Both the position numbers and the translations under genes were made by a program. Source: Eledone cirrhosa (lineage: Eukaryota). From it: a stretch of 64,000 bases of DNA. Numbering within the stretch: the first letter of the stretch is position 1; each line of letters starts with the position of its first letter. The stretch covers positions 279,806,001 through 279,870,000 of the forward strand of contig OZ024743.1 in NCBI GenBank assembly GCA_964016885.1, written 5' to 3'. The notes under the pieces were generated by a model. That model ran no database searches. It was not told where the DNA came from and saw only the letters and a list, made by a program, of their open reading frames with translations. Positions 27,501 through 43,463 of the stretch are shown here, piece by piece.

Positions 27501-29777
27501 TCTTATCATATTATAACACCAACAGTCACTTCACCAAACACAGTACCCACTATCGAAAACAAAAAACGCTCGTTTTTCATTTGCAAAGAGAGCGAGAAGA
27601 CCATGGGTACTGCCTCTTGCCTTAGGCCAGTCGAACAGACGAAAAGAAGAAATAGCGTATGTTATTCTGAATAACATTTACGATAGAAATGAAATATTGT
27701 CAACTGAGAAGATTTAAGTCCAGTAAAATAACTAATTATATTATAAATAACACGTAGATCAATAAAGCTCATAACATTAAATTTCACTATACGTGCGTTT
27801 GATTAGGCCTGATACACTCTCAGTAATTCGATTGAATAAATTGATTAATTGATTGATTGATTTACTAAATTAGCTCTAATACATCACTATCTGGAATTAA
27901 AGTAGCCAGAATTACAAAATCTGAAACAGCCAACATTCAGGTCGATTATTCGTTATGAACAGGCTATATATTATACCCTTTACCCACACAATATATTCGA
28001 AAATGGCTCAATCCACCTTGTTGTGAACATGTACAACATAACATAACACGACCAACCCATCGCACTGCTACAAACAGCAATTATCATTTGTTTGATTGTC
28101 ATGCAATGTTGGGATGAAACTATCCCGTGGTTGATGTTCTTGAAAAGGAAATATTAATTAATCTCTACAGAATACACCGTAGCTCATTCTTTAATATTTT
28201 TAAAATGTTAAATATAGATTTACGTTCAAAGCAATTTTCCTTTGCGTTGTAACAATACGCTGATTTTAGCAACTCCTAATATTTCTACATTTCATCCTAA
28301 AAAGTGAACAAAAGATACAGGTAGCAAGACTAAATATTCTTGAAGCATATTAATATGTTTCTATGTGTCATGGGCATTTAAACCAGGTCTAAATACAACC
28401 CCTTCATTCAAGAGAAAGAGAAAGCGAAAGATAGAAATTTAGAAAGAGTGATAGAAGAAGTAACAGCCGCAATAATGAACTAGTATATTATTTATCGACT
28501 CAAAAGGATGGAAGGCAAAGTTGGCATCGCCAGGATTTGAGCACAAGATGCAGAAGCGCGAATAAAAAGAGCGAAGCAGTCTAGCCGACATTCTAACGCC
28601 TTTTGTTAAATGTTCCAAACAATAAATATTCTTTTACATATTTTAGGTTTTCTAGCAGCGACAAATCTGATTCTTTTTGTTGAGTCAGCATATATCTAGG
28701 ATCACAATGTGCCCACGATTTTTACGCTCACAGAATGACTGCCTGAATTATCCCTCATTGGCTTATATATGTAAAGTCTAAATATCGAACATGTGGGTTA
28801 GATTCCTAAATGCGACGTTTCTAATAAAAAAAAATATATATAGTTTATCTACAGTAAATTATTGTTGCCTTTCACACTATACTACCTACAAGAATGTATA
28901 TATGGAAATGTTAAGGAATATCAAGAACATAAGGTAAAGAGACCATTGCAAAACTATGTTGCTCCCACTAACTTCATTCAACATCAAAATGAATTGCATG
29001 TCATATGGAAGCTTATATGTGTGAGATCGTTGAACATGTAAAAGTTTGGTGCCCAATATTAATAACAAGGCTTTGGTAATGCTTATATATATCTCGAGTT
29101 AACTACTCAGAAATCGATCTCGTTCGATGTATGATCAAAGGGAATATAGTTGCAGATAACTCCTTACTGCAGCTTTACCATTTATAATCGATATAGCACA
29201 AAACTACAAAGATTGATGTATCGACCCCCAGTGACTTGATATATAATCTAAGGTGGTTTTCTTGTTTTACTTGATATTGTTTTTGCTGTTGCTGCTACCG
29301 TTGTTGCTGCTGCTGCTGTTATTTCTGCAAGAAATACTGTGGTTGTTGTTATACTGCTCAATTTTGTTGCAGCTTGTGTAGTTGTTGGATTTATTTTTGC
29401 TGTTGTAATATTTTCCCTTTGCTTGTTATTATACTAGTTTCATCATCTAAAATAAGAATTATACATGAAATGGAAAGGGCGAATAAGTTACATACATTTT
29501 TTATTATTAGAAGGTCTCATATAATTAGGTCAGCCAGTACTAATGATTAAATATCAAAATATCAAGGTAACTCAGATTAATAGCAGTAACAAACGTTTAT
29601 ATTAATATGAAGGCTAACTATGTAATATTACGAAGGAAAAAGACATTTTCACATGTAATATTTCTGGGTTTAAACAGAATACATATAGAAAAGTAGAACG
29701 GGAGACAAGAGTAAAGAGAGAGTGAAACAATTATACAAAAAGAAGCATATTCACATACTTATACATATATGTGTGTA

Positions 29778-29822
<45 letters not shown>

Positions 29823-29845
29823 ACACACACAGACACACACACACC

Positions 29846-29879
<34 letters not shown>

Positions 29880-29949
29880 GATATATAGATAGATAGATAG
29901 ATATAGAATGTAGAAAAGTAACACACGAGTTGATATATAAAGTGGGTAT

Positions 29950-30004
29950 TTCGGCATTTAATAATCGTACCGGTTTCAGCATTATATGCTTTTTCAACTG
30001 CGGA
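29950..30004 (-). ncRNA. Hammerhead variant, core UUGAAAA (U3-A8)
   Basis: TTGAAAA-AGCAT ata ATGCT-GAAA-CCGG-TA^; stem I imperfect; related to 36541-36592. Confidence 0.55.
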
Positions 30005-30788
30005 TGTGCATAATGCAGTTAAGTTACACATTTGTACGAATAATAGAAAGGGAAAACAAATTATTAGTTTTTACATACATATTTAGAGAGGAGAGCTCAT
30101 ATCTCTGTCTGTGGTTGTCCTTTGTTCTCTGTTAGTTGGCTAACAGTAGTAGTTTTAAGTTTCTGGGGTTCTGACAGTGGTTTTGACTGGTAGTAGTTGC
30201 GGGAGAGAGGAGGAGAAGGAAAGGGAGGAGGCGAGAGGGAGACGGGGTGAGGGGGATAAGAAGTAAGAGACAGGAGATAGGTGTGGTGATAGTCACTTTC
30301 AAAAATTGTGGGATTGTTTTCAATGGTTGAATGTCCTTAGATTTGACCGGGGAGGTAATTGCTTCTAAAAATATCTATCTTGGTATTCCTGTGTGAAAAA
30401 CTATCATTCTTAAATTGTTTTATCTTAGAAATAATCAACGTTGACTTTATAATTTTACCACAAATAGGATTCAGTAATACAGAAATACTAATTCTATCTT
30501 CAGTACAAACTCCCAGATTCCGGGAAATGGGGAAAAGGGATTTCATCGATTCAATTACGAAATGAAGGAAGACATTGCGGAATTCTGGTAAAACTAAGAC
30601 TTAGAGAGGAATTACACGACGAGTACAATGAAGACGACTCACTAGCTAGAAATAGAAGCAACTACACCCCATCAAAAAGTAAGAACAAATTCCTAGACCA
30701 ATTCTGCGAAGAGAGGCGATTCAGTGAACTTGTTTCCATACAGGGGCTTTTGTGCCTAATTTGTTAGACTATTTTCATAGTAAAAATA

Positions 30789-30845
<57 letters not shown>

Positions 30846-30850
<5 letters not shown>

Positions 30851-31047
30851 TAAGTGAGGTTTTTTTTTACAAAATGAAAAAAAAACAGGTGTCCTACACG
30901 AGTGAAAGTATAAGGAAAAAAGATGAAATCGAAAATGCAACTGGAGTCTTTTTTTTTTAAATATATATTTATTTGGTTCCTTTACGGGTTTCGTAGTTCT
31001 TCTGCTTTTCAAAAGTAGAATTGAGATGGAGTGTTTGTGGTTTTTTT

Positions 31048-31050
<3 letters not shown>
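30846..31050 (-). mobile_element. pLTR tip family E with U3-A8 hammerhead (30977-31020)
   Basis: ttctaCTT-TTGAAAA-GCAG aagaa CTAC-GAAA-cccg-TA^AAGgaa; homolog at 62741-62942. Confidence 0.7.
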
Positions 31051-31079
<29 letters not shown>

Positions 31080-31095
31080 GGACGGGTAAAATTCC

Positions 31096-31126
<31 letters not shown>

Positions 31127-31162
31127 TGTATATATATATTTATATAGGACGGGTAAAGTGCC

Positions 31163-31198
<36 letters not shown>

Positions 31199-31295
31199 AA
31201 ATTACATTGGAAAATACTCTAAGTCTGGGAGTATAAACAAGAGGAAACAACTTTTTCTATCTAACTTGCTTATATATTGATTAATTGGGTATTTA

Positions 31296-31329
<34 letters not shown>

Positions 31330-31436
31330 ATGCATGTATGTATGTATGGAAATCATCGATACCCTATTTGCATAATTGCAACACGAGACGTTGTATCTTA
31401 ATTGGCCCGATATCCTTAACTCTTATTCATAACTGT

Positions 31437-31620
31437 TTCTACTTTTGGCACAAGGCCAGCAAATTCCTAGTGCATTACAGGTACTTTAATTTATCGACCC
31501 AGTAAGGATGAAAGGCAAAGTTAACCTCGGCGGGATTTGAACTCTGAATGGGAAGAGCCGTAACTCTTTGCGTCAAAGCATGGTGTCCGACCCTCTACCG
31601 ATACTGCCAATCCACCGCCT
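31437..31620 (-). mobile_element. tRNA-derived SINE (same family as 2509-2700)
   Basis: Reverse-complement match. Confidence 0.8.
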
Positions 31621-31720
31621 CTTATTCATAATTATCGAATATTATTATAGATAAGTAAGTTTCTTTTGAAATAGACATTTATGTTGGGCGAATATATTTC
31701 ATATGTATATATATATGTGT

Positions 31721-31807
<87 letters not shown>

Positions 31808-32639
31808 TGTGTGTCTGTTTGTGTGTGTCTGTGTCTGTGTCTGTTTGTGTGTGTGTTCCTTAACGAGAAGAGCAATATTTAATTATTTTTATACCCAGAT
31901 GTCAAATGGTTCACTGTCTATCATGTTGTTCATATCAAATTGGCAATGTATTTTTTTTAAAGAATTCCCAGAGATTTGGAAGTCTGATTTGACCTTGTTT
32001 GATGCACAAGACCATTGAGTTCCTTTCAGAAAAACAAAAAGAAAACTCTAAAACATCTACATTTTATACGACATTATATGCTAAATGTTTTACAGTATAA
32101 TCTACACGAAATCGAGCTTCGTAGATCAAACAGTTTAAACTCTTCCTGTGTCAGTTCCGTTTTGCAATATCCTCTCCTGTGATCAGGAAATTTAGAGAAA
32201 TTTCATTTTCACTCTAAACCGTATGACCATCTGTTAAATATAGGTATATTTTACTTAGACAAAAACTAGTGGTGATTTGTAAGAGAAAAGATATGGAATG
32301 AACCTCCGTCTCTCTCGACGATGAGCGTTTCAATTATTTGTTCAATGGAACTGCCTGATCTTCAAAGTAATGTGTAGTTGGTCGTGCATTCCACACACCC
32401 GAATACAATTAGCGCAATTCCTGACATGGATTCAGAGTGACAGTGTGTGACAATGCTGTTACTTTGTATTACAGTTACATTTAATCCAGTATTGTTACAG
32501 AACTGTCTCCCTCCAATCGTCACATTCATTCGGATAAAGGGAAGAGGTTTGTGCCGATTGTATGAGCACCCATATGCTTTGAAGAAAATATGTTTGTAGT
32601 ATTACATATATATATATTGCTATGCTTTGGAAAAGTCAA

Positions 32640-32954
32640 TTTATTATTATAATTTCCCAGTTGGTTAGTTTAATACCCGGATGGCTGTTTAGTTGTTGGT
32701 TGTCATCAAAGATCTTTCGTCACACCTTCAGTGATCTCCTCAGTGACTAGCATTGTTTTTTTTTATTTTGTGTCTCTCCTTTGTTCTGAACTAAAAGATA
32801 TTTGTTTCCTTTGTAGGATAAGGTGATGTAGGACAGAAAAAATAACAACAAAAGTAGTCACTGACAAGGACACATAATGTGCGACGAAAGAGCTATGATG
32901 AAAAAAAAACATTCGATTATGAAACTAACCGACTAGGAAATTATAATAATAAAT
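32640..32954. mobile_element. Old diverged fold-back with two degenerate HHRs (32705-32747 -, 32857-32899 +)
   Basis: Minus: gtca-CTGAGGA..GAAA-GATC-TT-tgat; plus: gtca-CTGACAA..GAAA-gagc-TA-tgat; outer arms still complementary. Confidence 0.6.
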
Positions 32955-33606
32955 TAAAGTGGAAATCAATAGATGCGTGATTTTATTGCCAGCATGACCC
33001 TCACAAGGTATAACAATATATGTTTCAACACATGTTTTCAGATAAAAAAGCGAAGTGTATATATATCTATTGTTTGACCCGTTTAGCTTGTTCGCTTTTT
33101 TGGCTCAGGTGGTTAATGGCTTCATACAAACTGAGACGATGGTTCATCGTCTCAATTTGTATGACCTTTTTAGCTTATGTTTACAGCTCTGGTATCTTCA
33201 TATCCATAGAGCGCTTATCAGCCCAATATGGAAGTTGCGTTTCGCTAATTTCTACCCGCCGAAATGCGATTCTCGCTAAATTTATATTTGTATTAATCTC
33301 CCAAGTCAAGCGATTAACCAGTTAATATTTGGGGTTTTTTAGTTAATTCTATTGACTGATTAATCGCTTAAGTTTATTCTAAAAACAACATGGTAGAGAG
33401 CTTAATTCGTTTTGTGCTATTTTTGCAAATTGTTGCAATAACTACACATGCTGAATTCACTGGCCAAAATAGAGGTTTTCTCCCATTAGAACCTCACATA
33501 TGCTTTCATACTCTGTGAGATTCTGGCGCACGAAGAACAAAATGCCAGTTGAGAAAGCGATTCCTTGTTCGATCATTATACCAAAAGCTTATTATTATTT
33601 TTTATA

Positions 33607-33760
33607 ATGCTTTCCAGCATAGTTACGTCCCTTTACGGTCTGAGTTCAAATCCCGCCGAGGTTCACTTTGCCTTTCATCCTTACGGGGTCGATAAAATAA
33701 AGTACCAGTAATGCACTGGTAATTGATGGCCTTGTGCCAAAAGTAGAAATAATTATTTTT
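33607..33760 (+). mobile_element. 5'-truncated SINE copy
   Basis: Matches 2800-2950. Confidence 0.8.
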
Positions 33761-34020
33761 TATAAGCAGACAGTATTATTGATGTAGGTGTTGCAGAAAC
33801 CCTATATCGGAGTATTCCATCTTCCCCGAGGGTCCGGGTAACTATTTCAATCATATCTTATTTTGTTTGACCCGTTTAGCTTGTTCGTTCTTTTAGCTCA
33901 GGTGGTTAATGGATTCTTAAACATCGTCTCAGTTTGTATGACCTTTTTAACTTATGTTTATAGCTCTGGTATCTTCATATCCATAGAGCGCTTGTATATA
34001 TATATATTGTATATATATAT

Positions 34021-34054
<34 letters not shown>

Positions 34055-34069
34055 TAGATAGATATATAG

Positions 34070-34160
34070 AGAGCGCTTGTCAACACAATACGTAAGTTGC
34101 GTTTCGTTAATTTCTACCCGCCGAAATTAGCGAAACGCAACTTCCGTATTGTGTTGACAA

Positions 34161-34167
<7 letters not shown>
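34070..34167. repeat. ~45-bp-arm hairpin; part of a repeat duplicated at 33070-33275 / 33862-34135
   Basis: gagcgcttgtcaacacaatacg..aatttc / gaaatt..cgtattgtgttgacaagcgctc. Confidence 0.75.
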
Positions 34168-34678
<511 letters not shown>

Positions 34679-35371
34679 AGAAGGTGTTCTAGGTTTTGTA
34701 AATTGTAGAAAATAGAGTGTGTTTTTAGAGGGCCACATAAATGAAAATAGGACATGAAATTTTAAATTGCATCTGAATATGTACGGAATGCACCCATGCG
34801 TATCCGGAATAAGCACAGAAAAATGGAGAATAAGGCCATCCATTTTTCGCATTACTGAAAACTGCTATATGCCAATCATCTCAAGGCCTTGAGATAAATG
34901 GCATCTACTAGGATTTTGTGCGTCACACACAATTTTACTCAATGATAACTGAAATGAATCTAGGAAAAGAGTATTTCACTTACAGAATCAGTGGTGTAAT
35001 GGAAATATTAAACAAATTAATCATAACGAGTCAACCATCAGATCAATTCATAGAAATATCAACGTTATTGATATATCCCACCAAATTAATTACGGGTACC
35101 AACAAAATTAAACTAATATTAAAAAATCGCTAATCGTAGCAATAATAAAAATATAAAAACATATCGATATACATATATGTGTATATAATTACACATATGT
35201 ATGTTTTATCTCTATATATATACAGAGTGGGTTACGGAGACTACGACAATATGTATACAAATATACACATCTTTCGTATGTAGACATAAACATCCCAGAA
35301 ATTTCAAATTTCCTAAGAAATATGAGAAAAACGAAGGTGTGTATAACATCTAAACAAAGACAGAGGAATAC

Positions 35372-35780
35372 CCATTCGTTCTTCGCAACATGGACGTACT
35401 AATCTGCATATAATTAACGCTCGCATTGCTAATTAATTAAGCAGTGCGCTAAGCAGCCGAAGTGTAAAATGAAGTCCGATAATCGATTAAAAGTGGTTAT
35501 CATTGTATGTATTTATTTATTTATTTATTTATTTATTACAATTTAAAGGGAAATTCATATTATCTGGCATATTTACATGATTAGATATTAAAATGTGTAT
35601 ATTTATATACACTTTGACGCAGTCTCGGTTACCTATACCGTGTTTATAGAGATATAATGTTAACCTACACGTCGGCTGCTTAGCGCACTTCATAATATAT
35701 TTCCTAATTTACTACCAACACGAGCGCTAATTATATGTAAATTAATATATCCATTTCAGAACACTACTAAGAGCGAATGG
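35372..35780. mobile_element. Diverged MITE-like element with long terminal inverted repeats
   Basis: ccattcg..agtgcgctaagcagccga..tgta / taca..tcggctgcttagcgcact..cgaatgg. Confidence 0.5.
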
Positions 35781-36540
35781 TTATACGAGAAGTCCATCAA
35801 ATACAGTACGTGTTTCCTTGTGGTATAACATTCACCTCTGATTAGTTAGAACATGATGTTAAACAATGGTAGGATAGTTATAATGTTTCTGATTTAGACT
35901 ATATAGGTTTATTAAGTCACATGACAGAAGATGTTCATTAACCAGAGACATCATTAACAACCAATGAATTCGTAATATGTGGTTGGTGGGGGAGAAGGGG
36001 CATGTCACTGGGTCTGTAACATATATCATATCGATTTTTGCTTTTATTTTTTTAACGATAGTGTCGGCTCTTTTCCTTCTTTTAACCATTTCAACTATTG
36101 CGTATAATCATTATTTATACATCAATCAGACTTTTGGATTTAGCGTCTGATTACAAGATATATAACACTCCCACTTTCAACATGCATTCACAGAACATCA
36201 CTTTGAAAACAGTTCCAATAGCTACACACATTATTTCATTCTCATTTCTTATCCGTCTCACGTAAATATATATATATTTTTGTGTGTGTATGTGTGTGTA
36301 TGTGTGTGTAAGTGTGCGTGTATGTGGGTGAGTGTATCTGTGCGCGTGTTCGTATATACAAATATATATATATATATATATACATGCTAACACCACTGTT
36401 GGTAAAGTTAAGGTCAACATTAAGAGAGAAAGAAAGAAAACTACAGACAAAAATGTGAACTTTTCTCCCTAAATATGTATGTAAAAATAATTTTTTTTCG
36501 CCATATTCTTATTAATATGCAATTTAATTGCATTATACAC

Positions 36541-36592
36541 TTCCGTCATTGAAAAAGCTTATAAGCTGAAACCGGTACAAATAAACGCGGAA
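36541..36592 (+). ncRNA. Hammerhead variant, core UUGAAAA (U3-A8)
   Basis: ttccgtca-TTGAAAA-AGCT tata AGCT-GAAA-CCGG-TA^caaataaac gcggaa; proximal stem I imperfect. Confidence 0.5.
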
Positions 36593-36772
36593 ATCCCTAT
36601 TTTGTAAATAAAGTTTTGATATTATTCTGACATTTTGTAGTGTTTTCTTTTCTTTTTTAACTACTTTTATATATATATATGTACTCGTGTGTCACATTTC
36701 TAGATATATGTATATATATATGTATATATAGATAGATAGATATATATATGTGTGTGTGTGTGTGTATGTGTG

Positions 36773-36858
<86 letters not shown>

Positions 36859-36861
36859 TGT

Positions 36862-37144
36862 GTGTGAATTTCCATTAAAACTGTAGTAATCTCAAGGGTA
36901 GATGTAAACAGCTGATTGCTATGTGTATGGAAAACATTCGCGTTAAAATATAACCACATATTGAGTGAAAGAAGGGAGAGAGGGAGAGAATGGACGAAAG
37001 AGAGTCCGTCCATTTTCTCCCACTCTCCGTTCTTCCGGTCTATAAGGGGTTATATTTTAATACGACATTTTGGTTTGCTCATAGCAATCAGCTGTTCACA
37101 GGTACACCGCGCTGAGACTCCTACAGTTTTATGAAAATTCACAT
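36862..37144. mobile_element. Diverged foldback/MITE
   Basis: Complementary along most of its length (taaaactgtag..aacagctgattgctatg..taaaatataacc..aatggacg / reverse). Confidence 0.6.
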
Positions 37145-37174
37145 ACACTCATCGCTTCAAATCTTTTCAATTAA

Positions 37175-37395
<221 letters not shown>

Positions 37396-37439
37396 GCACA
37401 CATACGCACACACATACACACACACACATACACACACAC

Positions 37440-38278
<839 letters not shown>

Positions 38279-38292
38279 CATGCATATATGTG

Positions 38293-38324
<32 letters not shown>

Positions 38325-38387
38325 TGTGCATGCTACTGTACGTCTGTATACATATATGTATGTACGTATACATGCATACTTACACAC

Positions 38388-38444
<57 letters not shown>

Positions 38445-38454
38445 TATATACATT

Positions 38455-38675
38455 GTGAAGGCGCGTGGCCGAGTTGTTAGAGAGCTGGATTCGCAATCGT
38501 GAGGTTGTGAGTTCGATTCCCGAACCGGGAAATGCGGTGTGTTCTTGGGAAAGGCAATATATTTCACGTTGCTCCTTCTACCTGGAGTTGCGGCCGATAG
38601 ATAGTATTAGCAATTGGGAAGACCAATGGAAACATTGTTTCCTCGGTCCGATTTGACGAAAGTCGATCGACTGTC
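38455..38675 (+). mobile_element. tRNA-derived SINE
   Basis: GAAGGCGCGTGGCCGAGTTGTTAGAG..GAGTTCGATTCCC; body repeated at 63196-63372 (-). Confidence 0.8.
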
Positions 38676-38899
38676 GAATATATATTTTAGGAGTGCCTAT
38701 CAGTGTGTATGTGTTTTTTTTAATAGGTACATAGCGGGAATTTACATTTGTATCACTATGTATGTTTCTCTAAATATACTTTTTTTAACGAACTCCATAC
38801 TTTAAATCCACCAGCCAATGACCTCTACCTATCCCAATCGCCACCCTCCCCTACCACCAGAAAACATATAAATATCACCATATTACATTGACAGTCATC

Positions 38900-38946
38900 T
38901 TTCCTGATGATTTCCTCCGAATGAATCAGTTCTAGTCCTGTAGAAG
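38900..38946 (+). ncRNA. Degenerate hammerhead (GAAA->GAAT)
   Basis: tttc-CTGATGA-tTTC ctcc GAAt-GAAT-CAG ttctagtc CTG-TA^gaag; TTGAGTACC ~40 nt downstream. Confidence 0.55.
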
Positions 38947-39032
38947 CCATTTCAATATTGGATATTTATATTCTGCTATGTATTGAGTACCTTACTTACT
39001 GTAGTTACCCTCGATTGAACCCGGGATAAACA

Positions 39033-39089
<57 letters not shown>

Positions 39090-39490
39090 TAATACCTACA
39101 TACGTGTGTATCGGTGGGTGTGTGTCTCTCCATGTGTGTGTGTATAGAAACTCACAGCAGATAAAGGCCAAACGCAAGAGCACTTCAGATATGTGTATAT
39201 AGTATGGAATACGTTTATTGAAACAGTTGTATAATAGTGTAGAAGTGTTCAGGTGAAATTATTTTGTATGCAAATATATGGAAATACGTATATGATATAC
39301 GTTATGTGTAAAGTTTTATTATATATTTGAACATATGACTATATACATATCACATAATATTATCAATATGAATGTAAGTATACATATATATATATATTCA
39401 TATATATACGTATATATATGTATATATCGGTGTATATATATATATATCAAAAGGAAAATCCGAAGGCAAGGTAAAATTCCAATCATTTAA

Positions 39491-39564
39491 TCACGACACA
39501 TGTTTCAATAAGAGATAGATCGATAGTGAAGCTATGATCGATTATCACTGAACTCATCAGGTGA
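39491..39564 (-). ncRNA. Type I hammerhead (GUC site)
   Basis: Reverse-complement copy of 39695-39768. Confidence 0.8.
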
Positions 39565-39694
39565 AAATGAATTGTTTTCAAATTCTTGATATGAGGGAGA
39601 AAACACGATGTTCTCTCACAGAATTCATTCCCTCATATGTGAGAGAACAGTGTTTTTTTATCCCTCATATCAAGAATTTGAAGACAATTCATTT

Positions 39695-39768
39695 TCACCT
39701 GATGAGATCAGTGATAATCGATCATTGCTTCACAATCGATCTATCTCTTATTGAAACATGTGTCGTGA
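39695..39768 (+). ncRNA. Type I hammerhead (GUC site), long stem II
   Basis: TCAC-CTGATGA-[..gataatcgat..atcgatctatc..]-GAAAC-atgt-GTC^GTGA. Confidence 0.85.
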
Positions 39769-39942
39769 TTAAATGATTGGAATTTTACCTTGCCTTCGGA
39801 TTTTCATTTTGATACTTATACTCCGTTTTACATCATCTAGCTGATCCCTTGAATGGAATTGGAGATATACAAAAGCGTGGAGAACTTAATATGCTAACAT
39901 AAAGTTATTGTACCATTTTACACAACCAATAATGCACCTTAC

Positions 39943-40007
<65 letters not shown>

Positions 40008-40180
40008 CACATAATGTTATGTATATAAATGTAAGTATACATACCTATATTTACGTATAAACGTATATATATATGTATATATATGGGTGTATATATGTGT
40101 ATATATATGTATATATATATATACATATATATATATTTATATCTATATATATATACGTATATATATATATATATATATAC

Positions 40181-40253
<73 letters not shown>

Positions 40254-40254
40254 C

Positions 40255-40426
<172 letters not shown>

Positions 40427-40528
40427 ATCGGTGTGTGCATATATATATATATAGAGTGTGTGCATATATATATATAGAGAGAGAACATCTACCAAAATAT
40501 ACGGTAGTGTCCAATCCGTATTATCCAG

Positions 40529-40660
40529 ATTATTTCTGAAGACAGCATATATATGTGTAGATATGTATATTCCCTCTGATAGTTTGTAAAAATTTTACAT
40601 AGATCTATATGATATAGATACCAACACACATATATATCCTAGAAACGATCGTAAAATGAT
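40529..40660 (+). ncRNA. Type I hammerhead with ~100-nt stem II domain
   Basis: ATTATTT-CTGAAGA-[cagc ATATATATGTGT...ACACATATATAT ccta]-GAAA-CGATCG-TA^AAATGAT. Confidence 0.7.
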
Positions 40661-41282
40661 GATTTTTTTAATATAAGGAACTGTTTCTTTGTTTTTATTC
40701 ATTATTTTTATTAATTTATATATATTTATATATATTTATCATCCATGTGTCAGTAATTTCTGAGACTTGTAGGGCCACCATGGAGACATTGTGAATTTGT
40801 GATACCTTGGTTATAGAAGAAACGGTAAATTGGCCCAATGATAGAGGGATACTATTTTTATCGATCTCGCTCGGTAGGATGAAAAGGATAGTGGACCCCG
40901 GCAAGATCTAACAGTTAGACGAAAAGAATAGAAGAAAGTATTCTTTCGATGTTCAAACGACTCAACCAATTCACCACCTTACTGTATCGATCATATATAA
41001 GTCCATTGTTACATACATACATACAAGTATATCACTGTTTTCTTCTCAGCCAACCAACCGTTCGCCACCTTCACAACTATTTGAGCCTCTCTGCTAAGGT
41101 AGTGATAGCAACTTCCTAACCAGCTTGTCAACTTCAATTATCTGGTGAACACTCCCAAAACATCCAACCGCCTAACAAACTAACCTAGATAACTCTACAA
41201 CCATCAAGCGACCTTGCAACACCACCGCAACTCCCCGTTTCCACCTTAATATTTTTAATTCTTTCGTTGATATTGCCATACG

Positions 41283-41366
<84 letters not shown>

Positions 41367-41379
41367 TATATATACTTGA

Positions 41380-41465
<86 letters not shown>

Positions 41466-41561
41466 TTACACATATATATGCATATATATATATATATATA
41501 CATATATTTACACATATATATATGCATATATATATATACATATATTTATATATATATATAA

Positions 41562-41618
<57 letters not shown>

Positions 41619-41813
41619 AATATATATATTTGTATATACATATATATATATATATACACATATATATGTGTGTGTATATATATATATATGCATATATATA
41701 CACACACACACATATATATATATATACATATATATATGTGTGTGTTTATATATATATGCATATATATACACATATATATATATATGTGTGTGTATATATA
41801 TATATATATATGC

Positions 41814-41849
<36 letters not shown>

Positions 41850-42638
41850 ATGTATATATATATTGTTACTTCGTCTTTGGTTTTGTTTTCCTAATGTTGT
41901 TGATGATGGTTGTGGTGATGTTAGTGGTAGTTCTGGTGATGGTGGAAGTGTTGCTGGTGGTGATGGTGGTGGAGGTATTGATGCTGATTGTGGCGTAGGT
42001 GTTGATGTCGTTATTGTTGTTTTCTTGTTTTTGTTTTTCTCACTTTATCAAGTTGTGTCACAATTCAATCCTAATCAGCGGCGCTTTCTGAAGTCTTTTC
42101 TCTAAACGAAGCTTCATTACCTGGCATCATTGCAAAGTAGCGAAATATAATGATCATTTTCTTTCTTATATATATATATATATATACAGATATATATCTG
42201 ACGCTTTTGTTTCGCGATAGATTTCTTTGATTTGTCAATGGTGTTGGTTATGTTGTCGGCGGCAACGTTGGTGGTAGCTCTAGTGGGGAAGGAGTGAAGA
42301 GAGGGTTGGTGGTGTTGGTGGTAATGGTGGTAGTGGTGGTAGTGGTGGTAGGGATGGTGGTTTTGGTGGTGGAGGTGCTACTGCTGCAGGTGGTGCCAGT
42401 GTTGGTCGTAGGGTATGGTCGGTAAGGTTTAGGGTGTAATGTAGCAGAAATGTAACTCACAGAGTTTCAGAAAACGATGCAGGTGATATAACAAGCAGAA
42501 TGAAGAGTTTCTGCTTATAGACATAGGGGACGCCAATTGAAGTCATCGACGATTGATGCCCTTGCTTAACTAGGAATAGTTGATGATGGAGTTTCAGACA
42601 TAGTTCTGCTACGTTTAGTTAGATATACGTGCGTGTAC

Positions 42639-42715
<77 letters not shown>

Positions 42716-42722
<7 letters not shown>

Positions 42723-42917
42723 TAAAATAACAGATTAAAGATTAAGCAAAGAATCGCTGCTTTCACCCTTAACGGGATCTTCTGAAACTAACAAAGACAA
42801 TCTGTAAACGCAGAAGTAAATATTTCAAAACACGTTGCAACCGGAGGAAGACAGGAAGACAGGATGACTTATCGAGCCCCCTTTGGATTTTAGTCTTCAA
42901 ATTTATTATTATTACTA
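42716..42917. mobile_element. Family D copy with U4A hammerhead (42739-42789, -) joined to an inverted 3' tip
   Basis: Minus: AGTTT-CAGAAGA-tCCC gttaa GGGt-GAAA-GCAG..TTGC-TT; plus-strand tip 42868-42917 with TCGAGCCC. Confidence 0.75.
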
Positions 42918-42939
42918 TATATATATATTTATATATATA

Positions 42940-43290
42940 GTTAGGCAGCGAGCTCGCGGGAATTCCTATGCAGGTTATACTTGGAGTAATAATAGTGAAA
43001 GATTGAAGAGTAACATGGTCGGCTGTACAACAAGGGGCTTTATTTCAAGTATTAACATGTGCTATGTTAATACCTGAAATAAAGCCCCTTATTGTACAGC
43101 CGACCATGTTACTCTTCAATCTTTCACTATTATTACTCCAAGTATAACCTGCATAGGAATTACTGTGAACTCGCTGCCTAACGATGGAAAGATCTTGTTG
43201 AGTCAGACAAAGCCGTACGTTAAAACTATCCACGACACAGAGTACTCACAACCTCTAACTGGATTACCTATAACGATAACTTGTTATCCC
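42940..43290. mobile_element. Fold-back element centred on a probable HHR stem II remnant
   Basis: Arms 42940-43058 / 43064-43182; each starts ..GAAA-TAA agcccc TTR-TT (HHR 3' half-like); GAGTACT downstream. Confidence 0.7.
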
Positions 43291-43313
43291 ATATATATAT
43301 ATATCTATATGTA

Positions 43314-43463
<150 letters not shown>

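Larger units (their letters stand above)
39445..39945. mobile_element. Head-to-head fold-back pLTR element with two HHRs
   Basis: Arms ~39445-39620 / 39639-39814; TA-flanked. Confidence 0.85.

Noticed and set aside
30060-30760. Possible PLE N-terminal coding remnant on the minus strand (also 60430-60730)
   Set aside because: Too decayed; no diagnostic motif
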